Shown here: positions 52,192 to 64,000 of the stretch, piece by piece
Layout: every line of letters starts with the position of its first letter
Position numbering within the stretch: position 1 is the first letter of the stretch
From: Octopus vulgaris
Taxonomy: Eukaryota
NCBI GenBank assembly: GCA_951406725.2
Contig: OX597823.1
Coordinates: forward strand, 11,284,001-11,348,000
DNA: 64,000 nt
Direction: 5' to 3'
Translations under genes and position numbers: made by a program
Notes under the pieces: generated by a model
Database searches by the model: none
What the model was told of the DNA's origin: nothing
The model's input: only the letters and a program-made list of their open reading frames with translations

Positions 52192-52536
52192 ATTACGGAG
52201 GTGTACTCGCATAGCAAGTGATTTGATCTGAGATCGTGTGCTGGAACGAAAACAATTGCAGCGTGGAAGGTGTTTGTAAGCCATTTAAGAAACACACAAA
52301 AACCGTTAGATTCACTTCAACATTTAAATTTGATTTACCAAAATATTTTCGTCACTAAAATCCGTGACCTGTTCACTGACAAAAATCCATGCAGCACGGA
52401 TTTTTGTCAGTGAACAGGTCGCGGATCTTATAGCGACGAAAATATTTTGACAAATTAAACTTAAATGTTGAAGTGAATCTAACGGCTTTTGTGTGTTTCT
52501 TAAATGGCTTACAAACACCTTCCACGCTGCAATTGT
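52192..52536. mobile_element. Palindromic Penelope-like-type insertion (P4) with 13-bp TSD
   Basis: Arms at about 52252-52392 and 52394-52536; TSD tagtcatatagga at 52179-52191 and 52537-52549. Confidence 0.85.
52403..52454 (+). ncRNA. Hammerhead ribozyme-like motif with a G3-C8 core variant
   Basis: TTTGTCA GTGAACA G GTCGC ggatcttata GCGAC GAAA ATAT TT TGACAAA; mirror copy on the minus strand at 52334-52383. Confidence 0.6.
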
Positions 52537-53060
52537 TAGTCATATAGGAGTTTTTATCGTAACCAAGTAGAAAGAACTTCAATAGGACATGATAAATAGA
52601 TGAAGTGAAGGTTTCCTTATGTTCTGAAAAGGAAGCCCAACATGTGTTGTATTTGAGGTAACCAGTATAATGTAAACTGGTATGCAATGATTCACTGAAT
52701 GCTCTTATTGAGCAGATCTCTGCTCTTTAAATGCATTTAAGCCCTTTTCTGTTTTAAGGCAGTAGGTTGCAATTTAAAAGAGATTCCATTGCTATTTCTT
52801 TGAGATTCAGCAACAATGCTGAAACTTTGGCTTGAATAGTAGTTGGTTGTGATGTTCTGTCTTTAAGTTATTTAATTAGGTTTGATTATCAAACTTTTGA
52901 TAGGTTAAAAACTCCTTGGATGAAAAATGGCTGAATGCTACTTGCTGGACTCAAGCCACGGTTCTTCTGTAACACATACAGATATGCTACCAATTACACT
53001 AAAACAGCCTACCTTTTTGTTTCTATTAAATTTAATAATTTAATCTTACCAGTGAAAATG

Positions 53061-53463
53061 TTTTACTCTTTTACTTGTTTCAGTCATTTGACTGCAACCA
53101 TGCTGGAGCACTGCCCTTAGTCGAACAAATCAACCCCAGGGCTTATTCTTTGTAAGCCTAGTACTTATTCTATCGGTCTCTTTTGCTGAACCACTAAGTT
53201 ACGGGGACATAAACACACTAGCATTGGTTGTCAAGCGATGGTGGGGGAACAAACACAGACACACAAGCATACATGCACGTGCACACTCATACACACACAC
53301 ATCGGGCTTCTTTCAGTTTCCGTCTACCAAATCCACTCACAAGGCTTCAGTAGGCCCGAGGCTATAGTAGAAGACACTTGCCCAAAGTGGCACACAGTGG
53401 GACTGAACTTGGAACCATGTGGTTGGCAAGCAAGCTAATTACCCACATAGCCATTCCTGCACC
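53061..53463 (-). mobile_element. SINE family A
   Basis: Diverged full copy. Confidence 0.9.
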
Positions 53464-53479
53464 TATGCACAAAGTAACT

Positions 53480-53615
53480 TTTCAACCATATGGTTTCTGG
53501 TTCAGTCTCATTGTGCAGCATCTTGGGAAATTAAATCTTCTACTACAGTATGGGGCCAAGAAATGCCTTGTAGGTGAATTTGGTTGACAGAAACTGTGGA
53601 AGCCTGTTGTATGTA

Positions 53616-53652
<37 letters not shown>

Positions 53653-53895
53653 GTGTGTGTGTGTGTGTGTTATAAATGTCTGTGTGTCTTGGTGTTTTGT
53701 CTCCCTCCCAGTCAGTGTTCACTTACCTATGTTCCTGTAACTTAATAATTTGGCAAGAGAGACAAATAGAATAGTTATCAGACTTTAAAGATACTGTTGC
53801 AGTCAACAAAGATACTGTTGTTGTTCAAATAAGATCTTCAAGGCAGAGCCCCAGCATGACTATAGTCCAGTGACTGAAATAAGTAAAAGGCAAAG
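53480..53895 (+). mobile_element. Old SINE family A-related copy
   Basis: Degenerate head, (TG)n and tail tgactgaaataagtaaaag. Confidence 0.7.
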
Positions 53896-54422
53896 GGTTT
53901 TTGAAACAGAACAGATCACCTCTTGTAACAACATACAAACCTATCTTATTTTAGGAATTGAACTGGTTAGCTAGGAAACTACTATTTTCAATTTTTTTAA
54001 AAATAATCACAAAATCGTTTTTGTCTTCTGACACTAGTGATATCATGAAAAAAAAAAACAATTGTAATTAAGACATTTAATTGAGATTTTTAATGCATGA
54101 TGGATAAGGTATTTATCATGAGAGGCCAATAGACAGTGTTCGGTGAAAGATCCAGGGACAGATGGATGGGTCAACCAAATAGTATAAAGCTAAGCATCAC
54201 AGATATCACATAGTCAAGTGGCAGATTAATACATTTGCATTGTTGTAAAGGACAAACTAGTAGTGATAGATGAGTAATGTATCACATCTGAATCAATGTT
54301 ACCATTTGATGATCTCTGTCAAGATTTTTGACTTAGAAACAAGACCACATACATTTTTTTGGGGTGGTTTTTTTGGATGAGAGAAGTATAATTGATTACA
54401 TCATCCCAGTACATATGGTAGT

Positions 54423-54798
54423 GGAGGCGCAATGGCCCAGTGGTTAGGGCAGCGGACTCGCGGTCATAGGATCGCAGTTTTGATTCCCAGTTTTGAGTGT
54501 TTATTGAGTGAAAACACCTAAAGCTCCACGAGGCTCCGGCAGGGGGGGGGGGTGATCCCTGCTGTACTCTTTCACCACAACTTTCTCTCACCCTTACTTC
54601 CCGTTTCTGTTGTACCCGTATTTCAAAGGGCCGGCCTTGTCACTCTCTGTGTCACGCTGAATATCCCCGAGAACTACGTTAAGGGTACATGTGTCTGTGG
54701 AGTGCTCAGCCACTTACACGTTAATTTCACGAGCAGGCTGTTCCGTTGATTCGGATCAACCAGAACCCTCGTCGTCGTAACCGAAGGAGTGCTTCCCA
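54423..54798 (+). mobile_element. SINE family C with 12-bp TSD
   Basis: agtacatatggt at 54408-54419 and 54799-54810. Confidence 0.92.
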
Positions 54799-57475
54799 AG
54801 TACATATGGTTAGTACTTTATTTTATTGCCCCCTCTTGCCTGTGGAATTTGAACTTATACCATAAAGTACTGCAGTTGGCTTAATTGACCATAGTGTTTA
54901 CATCGAAATATGTGATGTTATTGCCTATGCATAAAAAAAAATTATTACTTCAGTAAATAATGAAAGAACAGTTTAATGTGCAGATACTAATTTACAAGCC
55001 AAGCTTTGGATCAATTACCAAATACATCGATAAATTTACTAATGAAGCATCCATGAGTTTGAAGTAACTATGAAGTTAGATTGTCAAATTATTGTAGTCA
55101 ATATATCACAGAATTATAACTGTCAATTTATTTGGATAAAAATATTAAAAGATTGTAAGTTATTTTAATATAAATTAATTTTTTGCTCAATTATGTTTAT
55201 TATTTCAATAATATAAAACAATTTTTATAAATAATAACTAAAAATTGAAAAAAAAACAGTCATTCATATTGCTTTGTTGTTATATGCTAGACAGACTCCA
55301 CGAAGTATAAGTTGTAGGTTCAATATCACTTTATGGCAAAAATAGCTTGTAAATTTTAGGTTGAAACATTCTGATTTGATATACTAAGTCTAAACGTGTA
55401 ACTAAGTTTAATAATAATTTACAACTAAATTAGAAGGAAATTGCCATTATGTGTTTTTTACTGTGAAGTAACTTATTTAAGAAAGTAAAGAAGAAACTAA
55501 ACATTGTAATATATTTCTGAAACCTTATTGCCTTTATTTTCATCCCATCTGTTTAGTTGAGGGAGCTATGATAATGAGGGAGCTATGATAATGAATATAT
55601 AGCTATAAATCTATTGGTAGTATTTGAGAAAAGAAATCACTCAGAGATGCTATCCACCTGAAAATCAATGGTTTAGTTAGTGTTAATATAATTAGTGTGT
55701 CCACATTTAACTATGGTTTATGCACACTAACTTAAATATATTAACCACATATGTAGACTAAAGTAACTATTGTTTTTCATGGCATCTCTAAGTTACTTAT
55801 CCTTTAAATAATTCTACTTTTCTATGCGAACCAATCTTGTAGACTTAATGATTCTCCTGTAACTACTTCAGCAAATTGGTTAAGTCTGTACTTCACTGAT
55901 GAGTTTATAATATTCAAACATACATGTAGTTATTTCCCTTACTTGATACACTATTTAAAATATTATTTAGTTATTAAATAAAATTATTTTTTCCTCATTG
56001 CTTAATTATTTCCAGCTTGAGTCAAAATTGTTCTGTCCATAAATTATTCCAAAGTAGATTAGATCTAAGCCACATTGATGCCATTTATTATTCAGAGACT
56101 GATGCCAAGTTATAATTTTCAGAGTTTTGTTAACTAAGTTGTTATCAACTAAATATTATATCCATTGTTAGTTTTATTTCTTTTAGGTTGTCAATACTTA
56201 ATGGTTATTTTTATAACAAATGTATTGATTGGAATTATAAAATATTTAACTCACTTTTCTAATTAAAAAATGTAATGAACCAATTTTTCACATGAATATT
56301 TCATAATAAAGACTTAAAAACCTTTTATACGTTTGGCCAAACAAGCTTTACAGATTCTAGATCTGTATTAGAGACATGATCAACAATTAAAAAAAGAAAA
56401 TCCTTTTAAAAATTCTGCAATCTATTTTTGTTGCAAATGGATCTTTCCATTTTTATAAACATCAAGTATAATTCGAGAGAAATGTTGCTGCTACTTTTAG
56501 TAGATGGAGTAACATGGGAAAAGTTTAATGACTGGTTAGTTGAATCAGTTTAAGGACTGGAAATCTAAAATATAATCAGATACTCTCTCATGTTTTTTAC
56601 AATGTAGGGCCACTCTAGAAATAGCAGCCAAATCTCTTTCAAATCACATCTACCATTTAAAATCTGAAGGAAGGAAACATTGGAATATTTGTTCTACATG
56701 CATTTGTGTTCAACAAAAATATTAGCAGCTAATCACAGCTGGAATGTTTTGTTATAGGTTTACCCTATCAGGGTTGAACTAAAAGACAACATCAGCAATT
56801 GAGGTTTTACAGCTGAAACTAAATTGTGTCATAGCTCTGTTTTATGTAATAACTAACTGCAAAATGGATTCTCGTGAGAGAAAATCAAGCAATGAACATA
56901 AGTAGTGGACTTCCCTTTTCTTATTATCTTGTAGATGTGTGTTTTTATGACAACTTCATGAATGTGTTGCCTTAGGCTAAATACATACCATGAGATTAGA
57001 TACCATATCATCTTCTCCAAATCAATATATGTGTGTATGTGTGTGTGTATATATATATATATATATGTAACCTATATTGGCTTCTAGCATCATATTTCTG
57101 ACAGTTGAGGTAGTCTGGAATTTACTGAATCATTGGCGATATTTACAGATGTCCTAAACATTTAGCTAGGTTTCTTTGATATCCTACATGGCTATATAGG
57201 ATTGTTGACTCAATAGGATTCGTGATAATGCATATCACATGTATTGTATATTTCATTTTAAATAGGCTCTGTGTTATAATAAAGAAGCTTTGATGTAAGC
57301 TCAGCCAATAATGTAAGTTATACTCTAGGCTTTATGATGGACATTATTTTTTGTTTTTGTTTTTTTTTACTGGGAAATGAAACATAGGCAACTTGGTAAA
57401 TTTTGTATATTGCTATGCAATTATTTTTAAAATCTCAAACAACATGACTCATTATATTGGGCCATATTTGATGTT

Positions 57476-57776
57476 CATCATCATCATCATCGTCGTTTAA
57501 CGTCCGTTCTCCATGCTAGCATGGGTTGGACGGTTCCACCGGGGTTCTGGGAAGCCAGAAGGCTGCACCAGGCTCCAGTCTAAATTTGGCAATGTTTCTA
57601 CAGCTGGATGCCCTTCCTAACGCCAACCACTCCGTGAGTGTAGTGGGTGCTTTTTACGTGCCACCTGCACAGGTGCCAGGCGGGGCTGGCAACGGCCATG
57701 GTCAGATTGGTGTATTTTATGTGCCACCGGCACGGAAGCCAGTCGAGGCGGTGCTGGCATCGGCCACGAGTCGGAT
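57476..57776 (-). mobile_element. Family B element
   Basis: 2 internal units. Confidence 0.88.
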
Positions 57777-58884
57777 AAAAAAAAAAAACATGTAATTTAT
57801 ATACAAAGATTTAAAGTAAATAACTACTAACATGAAATGAATCCTTCTATTTGATGACATAAAATATGAGAATTTGTTTTAGAAACCATCATTAGATGAA
57901 AATTAAATAAATAGTAATTTAAATTACTCTACCATATAGTTAACTCAATGATGAGGTCAGTTTACATGCCATTGTCACTTCTTACCATAAAGACATTAAA
58001 ATTGCTTATATAGTTTTTTTTTTTATTCTTTATAAAGTTGCAGTGAATTTAGATACAGAAATAATGTGTTGTTCAAATATATCTCACCTTAATTATTGGC
58101 TGTCATCATAGAGAGAAGCTCAGATCAAAACCAATTAGATATCAAAGAACTTTGTTGAAGTCATTTCTAAATTTGTTGATATGTTTATAAACCAAAATTT
58201 TGAACAGTAAAAACCGAATGAAATCTGATTTGTGTATCCAATGCTTCTGTTGACAATATTCTTCACTTAACTCTAATATTCAACACTAAGAATTTTCCAT
58301 ATTAAATGTTGTGTTCTGCTAGCAAAGCTACACACACATATAACTTGACATGGCAAATATTTGTGAAGAAATCATTATACTAAGGTTTCCTTCCATTGGC
58401 CAATCTCCACCATACAGCTGCATATATATATATATATGCTGAATGTGCAAGTTGGGAGTAAATTTTTTTGAGTAATACTCCTAGCAACCCATGCATACAA
58501 GGCTTCCTTCTCCTTGTCATTGATGCTTATCCAAGAAAAAAGCTTTTAACTTAAACTGATACAGTTTGGCTAAGCTGGAACAGATACTGGAAAATTTCTC
58601 ACAAGATTCTTTGACAGTTCTGCTGATCTGTTAACCCAGATTGGTACTTTCTTTTATGGACTCTGAAAGGGTGAGAGGCGAAATTTACTTTGTGGGATTT
58701 ACACTCTGAGTATAAAGAGTTTGAACAGATATTTATCCAATGCTCAGATGATTCAAACAGTTTTACTGAGTCACATATATATTATTATATAAACACAATA
58801 TTAGATACCTACATATTGAACTCATTTGTTTTCATATTTCATGTTGTTTACTGCTGGTGATGTCCTGTACCCATATATGCATGC

Positions 58885-58931
<47 letters not shown>

Positions 58932-59097
58932 GATATGTATATATATATGTATATATGTGAATATATGTATGTGCCTATATGTATATATATATGTACATAT
59001 ATGTATATATATATGTGCATATATGTATATATATATGTGTATATATGTATATATATATGTGTGTGTGTATATATGTATATATATATATATATATATA

Positions 59098-59238
59098 ACG
59101 GGAAGCTTTATGAAAATAAACAAAAGACGAAGTCAGGTGGAATACAAACAAACAATTGTATTAGTATGGCACTCAGGAATATAAATAAAACAAGTCTTTT
59201 ACGTTTCGAGCCTATGCTCTTCAACAGAAAGATACACA

Positions 59239-59240
<2 letters not shown>
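59098..59240 (-). mobile_element. Family P1 small element with hammerhead motif, embedded in (TA)n
   Basis: Longest P1 copy; (TA)n on both sides. Confidence 0.75.
59195..59232 (-). ncRNA. Minimal type-I hammerhead ribozyme-like motif (A6U core variant)
   Basis: TCTTT CTGTTGA A GAGC atag GCTC GAAAC GTA AAAGA. Confidence 0.62.
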
Positions 59241-59286
<46 letters not shown>

Positions 59287-59293
59287 GTATGTA

Positions 59294-60461
59294 CAGGGTG
59301 CATAAGATATTTGAGGACAGGTTTATGCTTATAAAAAAAGCTAATATATAATAACAGGTAATAGCTTCATCAAAAAATGCTATGAGGATAAAAATAAACC
59401 TTCTTTTCTATAATGCTATTCAATAAAGCCACCTGTCGTTTCTTCTGTTAACATTTTGATCTTGGTCGAAGTTTTTCTCGTTTGAGAAAAACCAAACTGA
59501 ATCTTCTGCTGGATTTTTCAGTTTATTTAAGAGCCTTTTAGATCTGATGTTTTTTATCTTTTATCTTTTACTTGTTTCAGTCATTTGACTGCGGCCATGC
59601 TGGAGCACCGCCTTTAGTCGAGCAAATCGACCCCGGGACTTATTCTTTGTAAGCCCAGTACTTATTCTATCGGTCTCTTTTGCCGAACCGCTAAGTGACG
59701 GGGACGTAAACACACCAGCATCGGTTGTCAAGCAATGCGAGGGGGACAAACACACAAACACACACACATACACACACATATATATATATATACATATATA
59801 CGACAGGCTTCTTTCAGTTTCCGTCTACCAAATCCACTCACAAGGCATTGGTCGGCCCGGGGCTATAGCAGAAGACACTTGCCCAAGATGCCACGCAGTG
59901 GGACTGAACCCGGAGCCATGTGGTTGGTTAGCAAGCTACTTACCACACAGCCACTCCTGCGCCTATAGTGTAGTGATTTTCTTTTGCTTTTTCAGACAAA
60001 TTGACCTTTCCTCATCATATAAGACTTATATCTGGTGTCTTCATGGACAACATTTCTGACTGTTCCTTCCAACACATGGAGTTCTTTTGCAATTGACCTC
60101 ATGGACTTTCTGGGATTGTAATCAAGGGTCTGTTGAACTTGCTAGATAAATTCAGGTGTTCTGATGATTTCAGATCATTTAGAATACTTTTTATACTTTG
60201 ATACTAGTGATACATTTCCATCTTCAGTCTCTAGCTCCTCACAAACATTGTAGCCGAAAGATCTGGCAACTTTTAAAAATTGAGATATTTCTAAATTACT
60301 ATGCTCAGCGTTTATAACCACAATAACAGCGTGCCTCTCAATTTCCTGACTAAGTTGAGGGTCTACCATTATTATTTTCTGAAACAAAGATTATGCAGAG
60401 TTAGCAAAAAATGCAGCAATGACCCAAAAAAGGTATATCCTCAAATAGCTTACGCACCCTG
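59294..60461 (-). mobile_element. Internally deleted Tc1/mariner-superfamily transposon
   Basis: TA|cagggtgcataagatatttgagga ... tcctcaaatagcttacgcaccctg|TA. The minus-strand HTH remnant reads RTPEFI*QVQQTLDYNPRKSMRSIAKELHV..TVRNVVHEDTRYKSY; no DDE/D domain is seen. Confidence 0.9.
59552..59963 (-). mobile_element. SINE family A nested in the mariner element
   Basis: Full consensus. Confidence 0.93.
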
Positions 60462-61214
60462 TATATAAACTGAAAATGTTTCATAAAATATTAGCTAGTT
60501 ACACTTAGAAACTTAACTTACCCATTTCATTTGTCTTACTGCATACATATACATGCATCAGTCTGTGTGTGTATATATGTGTGTAAATGTCCATATATAA
60601 ATGCAGGCATGGCTATGTGATTAAGTATCCCACTCTCATGGTTTCAGTTTCAATCCTACTGCATGGTTCCTTGAGTGACTGTTTTATACTATAGCATTAG
60701 GTCAACCAATACTTTGTGAGTGGATTTAGTAAACAGAAACTGAAAAAAGCTTGTGTGTGTCCATATTTTGGCATTGTACAATAATTGCTTATGAACCAGT
60801 CTCTGCTAATCCTGGTCAATATAAACCTGGGAACAGAAGTAGCTAAGAAATGGTTTCAAATTACTCAAGAGCCTGGAAATCCCAAACCAGGTTACTCTCA
60901 TGTGCTACTGGTAACATGTAACCCAATACAATCTTTTGCATGATTGGGACATCAGTGACTAAAATGGCAATCCCACCAAGGTCACTTGGTAAAGAGAATA
61001 ACTTTTTGGATGCCCTGCAAAATGTAAAACAAAACCCATCTAAGGGTGAAGGAACTCATATGAGTTTCTTCACATTTTGATGGGTTGATAGGGTTCTTTA
61101 GTTATATTAAGAGACTGTGAAGCCTGGCACAGGCAGTACCAAAGAGATCAAAACCCACAACAATAAAACATGTGGCCTCCATAATCATTCAGTCATCTTT
61201 TGCTTGGCACTAGA

Positions 61215-61560
61215 TATTACATTTTGAAGAAGAAGAGGGTACTGTACATGTCATACATGTATGCAGCATTGTGATTAAAATGTAGAGCTATCTCTTCAAA
61301 TGTCATTGCAATGGAGTAGTATAAAGAAGTGATACACAATGGTTGTAAAGCATTTGAGACACAGAGAATCAAACTATCCATCTCGGAATGAACATTTTGT
61401 AAACAAGACTTGACTTCAATCCGAGAAATTTTTCTGTCTGAAAATGTTTGTAACATCTGTTGTTGGGTCTGTTTGTCCATGACACCACATTTGATTAGCA
61501 AGCCATGTGAGATCTCATTATGGTATTTTGCTCATTGAAGAGATGGCCTTCTTCTGTCAC
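61215..61560 (+). pseudogene. Decayed RTE/BovB-like LINE ORF2 C-terminus
   Basis: Plus frame ...IHNGCKAFETQRIKL...NVCNICCWVCLSMTPHLIS resembles the terminal Zn-knuckle region; in-frame stops. Confidence 0.45.
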
Positions 61561-61576
61561 CATGTAGACATACATG

Positions 61577-61624
<48 letters not shown>

Positions 61625-61858
61625 TACATATATGTATACATTGTTTGTTTTTATGTTGAGGTATAATGAAAACTGTTTTATATTAAACTAAAGGATTACA
61701 CAATACTTTTTGTAGAGAACATTTTTATTATGCTTTAACAAGAAGAATGTTGACAGTAACTTAAAAGTTTCAGCCTGGTTAGCCCTCATCAGCGAAGGCT
61801 AAGCTGGCTGAAACTTCTCAGTTACTGTCAACGTTATTATGAAAGAATGCCATATATA

Positions 61859-62029
61859 GGCGCAGGAGTGGCTGTGTGGTAAGTAGCTTGCTAACCAACT
61901 ACATGGTTCCGGGTTCAGTCCCACTGCGTGGCATCTTGGGCAACTGTCTTCTGCTATAGCCCCGGGCCGACCAATGCCTTGTGAGTGGATTTGGTAGACG
62001 GAAACTGAAAGAAGCCTGTCGTATATATG

Positions 62030-62062
<33 letters not shown>

Positions 62063-62259
62063 TTGTGTGTCTGTGTTTGTCCCCCTAGCATCGCTTGACA
62101 ACTGATGCTGGTGTGTTTATGTCCCCGTCTCTTGGTGGTTCGGCAAAAAGAGACCAATAGAATAAGTCCTGGGGGTCGATTTGCTCGACTAAAGGCGGTG
62201 CTCCAGCATAGCCGCAGTCAAATGACTGAAACAAGTAAAAATAAAAGTAAAAGTAAAGT
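61859..62259 (+). mobile_element. SINE family A
   Basis: Full consensus. Confidence 0.93.
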
Positions 62260-63299
62260 ATATACATATATATATGCGTGTGTGTATGTTCTAAATTTGT
62301 TTGTAGTTTATGATTGATTCTACAGGCAAAAACTTGTTGATCTTTAAGATTAGGTTTATTGGTTGTTTATTGTTAGACTAGTTCAACTTTGATATGAAAG
62401 TAATCTATATATCTTGAAACCCCAAAATGATTAATTCATTCTTTAATTTAGAAACTATATACATTTTAACTGTAGTGTTCATATATTTGAGAAAAATATA
62501 TTTTCAAAACTTTCAGCCTTTATTCCGGTTATAACATTTTATAATGTTTCCAAACAGGTTTTTTTTAAGCCCATAAAAAATTTTTTAATGAAAATAAATC
62601 TTGGAAAAATACTGTATTGGAAATGTAACCTAGGTGATAGTTCTTAAACATCAGAAAGCAAATGCTTTATTTTTCAGTTAGCAAGGAGAAAATAACTTCT
62701 TTTTTATATATGGCTTCAAATTTAACTGGTAAACCAACCAATATAAAGTAACATAAATTTAGGTCTTGACACTATAAATATGAAGTTATTAAAAGTTAAT
62801 TATTATAACTGGTAAATCATTACATAAGACTTTAACACTGAACTATTCTGTGCTTCATAATGCTAATATGATGGTAATGTTAGTTAATAAAATATGAAGT
62901 TCACAAAATACTACATTACACTATACTCAATATTAATTTATTCAGCATAATCTAATATTGAACAGTAATGAATTATAATGTAATAAATATTAATATTGTA
63001 TATATTAAACAATGTATATATGTATGTGTGTGTTTGTGTGTTATTCATTTAATGTCCATTTTTCCATGCTAGCATGGCTTGGATGGGAATTGATTCTGTG
63101 ATAGGATTTTTAGTGCCTTATTCTCTTCCTCTTGCCATCCCTCATATGTTTTTTTAGGTAAGGGATTTTTGTAGTCCCACAGGTAATTGAAAGTATGGAG
63201 TGACTGGTCATAATGTCAACACAGATAGAAACACCATGACTGTTTCCATCAAATGGTGACAAAGGAACCATTGACATAGATAATTGCTTATTATTCCTT

Positions 63300-63669
63300 G
63301 TTGGGGCAAGCGAAATCGAAATCGAATTGAACCAGCCAGGATCCCTGGTCTGGTGGTACGTAAAAAGCACCATCCGACTCGTGGCCGATGCCAGCATCGC
63401 CTCGAATGGCTTCCGTGCCGGTGGCACATAAAATACACCAATCCGACCGTGGCCGTTGCCAGCCTTGCCTGGCACCTGTGCAGGTGGCACGTAAAAAGCA
63501 CCCACTACACTCACGGAGTGGTTGGCATTAGGAAGGGCATCCAGCTGTAGAAACATTGCCAGATTAGACTGGAGCCTGGTGCAGCCTTCTGGCTTCCCAG
63601 ATCCCCAGTTGAACCGTCCAACCCATGCTGGCATGGAGAACGGATGTTAAACGATGATGATGATGATGA
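63300..63669 (+). mobile_element. Family B element
   Basis: 3 internal units and a (GAT)n tail. Confidence 0.88.
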
Positions 63670-63929
63670 TTCCTTTCTTCATTACAAAGATTATTACTTC
63701 AGTAGTTTCAAACCTCTTCCAACAATTCAATTGCATGGAATCAGTTTTTCTTCAACAAGTCCTCTGATTGCTCCAGTTCAATAATAAGCTTAGACGTCAT
63801 CTATGTCTGCTGTTTTCACTGTTCAAGAATTTCAATTTCCTCCTGACTGAGTGGTTTCCACATAGTTGTAGCATTGATTTCTGAGAAGGCCAGTCCTTGT
63901 GTGAAACAAAGAGAAAAATGATTACAAAA

Positions 63930-64000
63930 TGTTGGTGGATGGTATATCTTGGTTGTTGGTATATCTTGGTGGTTGGTATATCTTGGTGGATGTTGGTGGA
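63930..64000. repeat. About 17-bp tandem repeat (ggtatatcttggtNgtt) running off the window end
   Basis: 3 units seen. Confidence 0.75.

Noticed and set aside
55558-55595. Short perfect tandem duplications (17 bp here, 19 bp near 16451-16489)
   Set aside because: Ordinary slippage or repair duplications with no further structure.
61217-61501. 94-aa minus-strand ORF as a host exon
   Set aside because: Better explained as the antisense of a decayed LINE C-terminus on the plus strand.

Overview
This is AT-rich, microsatellite-dense eukaryotic DNA made almost entirely of repeats, so it is either intergenic or one long intron. The repeat families resemble those of an octopus (coleoid cephalopod) genome; that assignment is my recognition, not a search result. 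No host protein-coding exon can be called with confidence, and nearly all ORFs in the track are microsatellite or SINE read-throughs. Retroelements: about 20 copies of a tRNA-derived CORE-type SINE (family A), 3 young copies of a second tRNA-derived SINE (family C), a Nin-like SINE, about 10 copies of a (GAT)n-tailed element (family B), decayed RTE and CR1-type LINE ORF2 remnants, and a Gypsy-type gag remnant. DNA elements: an internally deleted Tc1/mariner, two piggyBac-type MITEs, a hAT/Charlie MITE and a Helitron-like element. The most notable signal is four different small repeats that each carry a minimal type-I hammerhead ribozyme fold of the kind found in Penelope-like elements. One of these has a tRNA/Pol III head, making it a candidate Penelope-mobilised SINE. 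Another has a compensatory G3-C8 swap in the catalytic core, inside a TSD-flanked palindrome.
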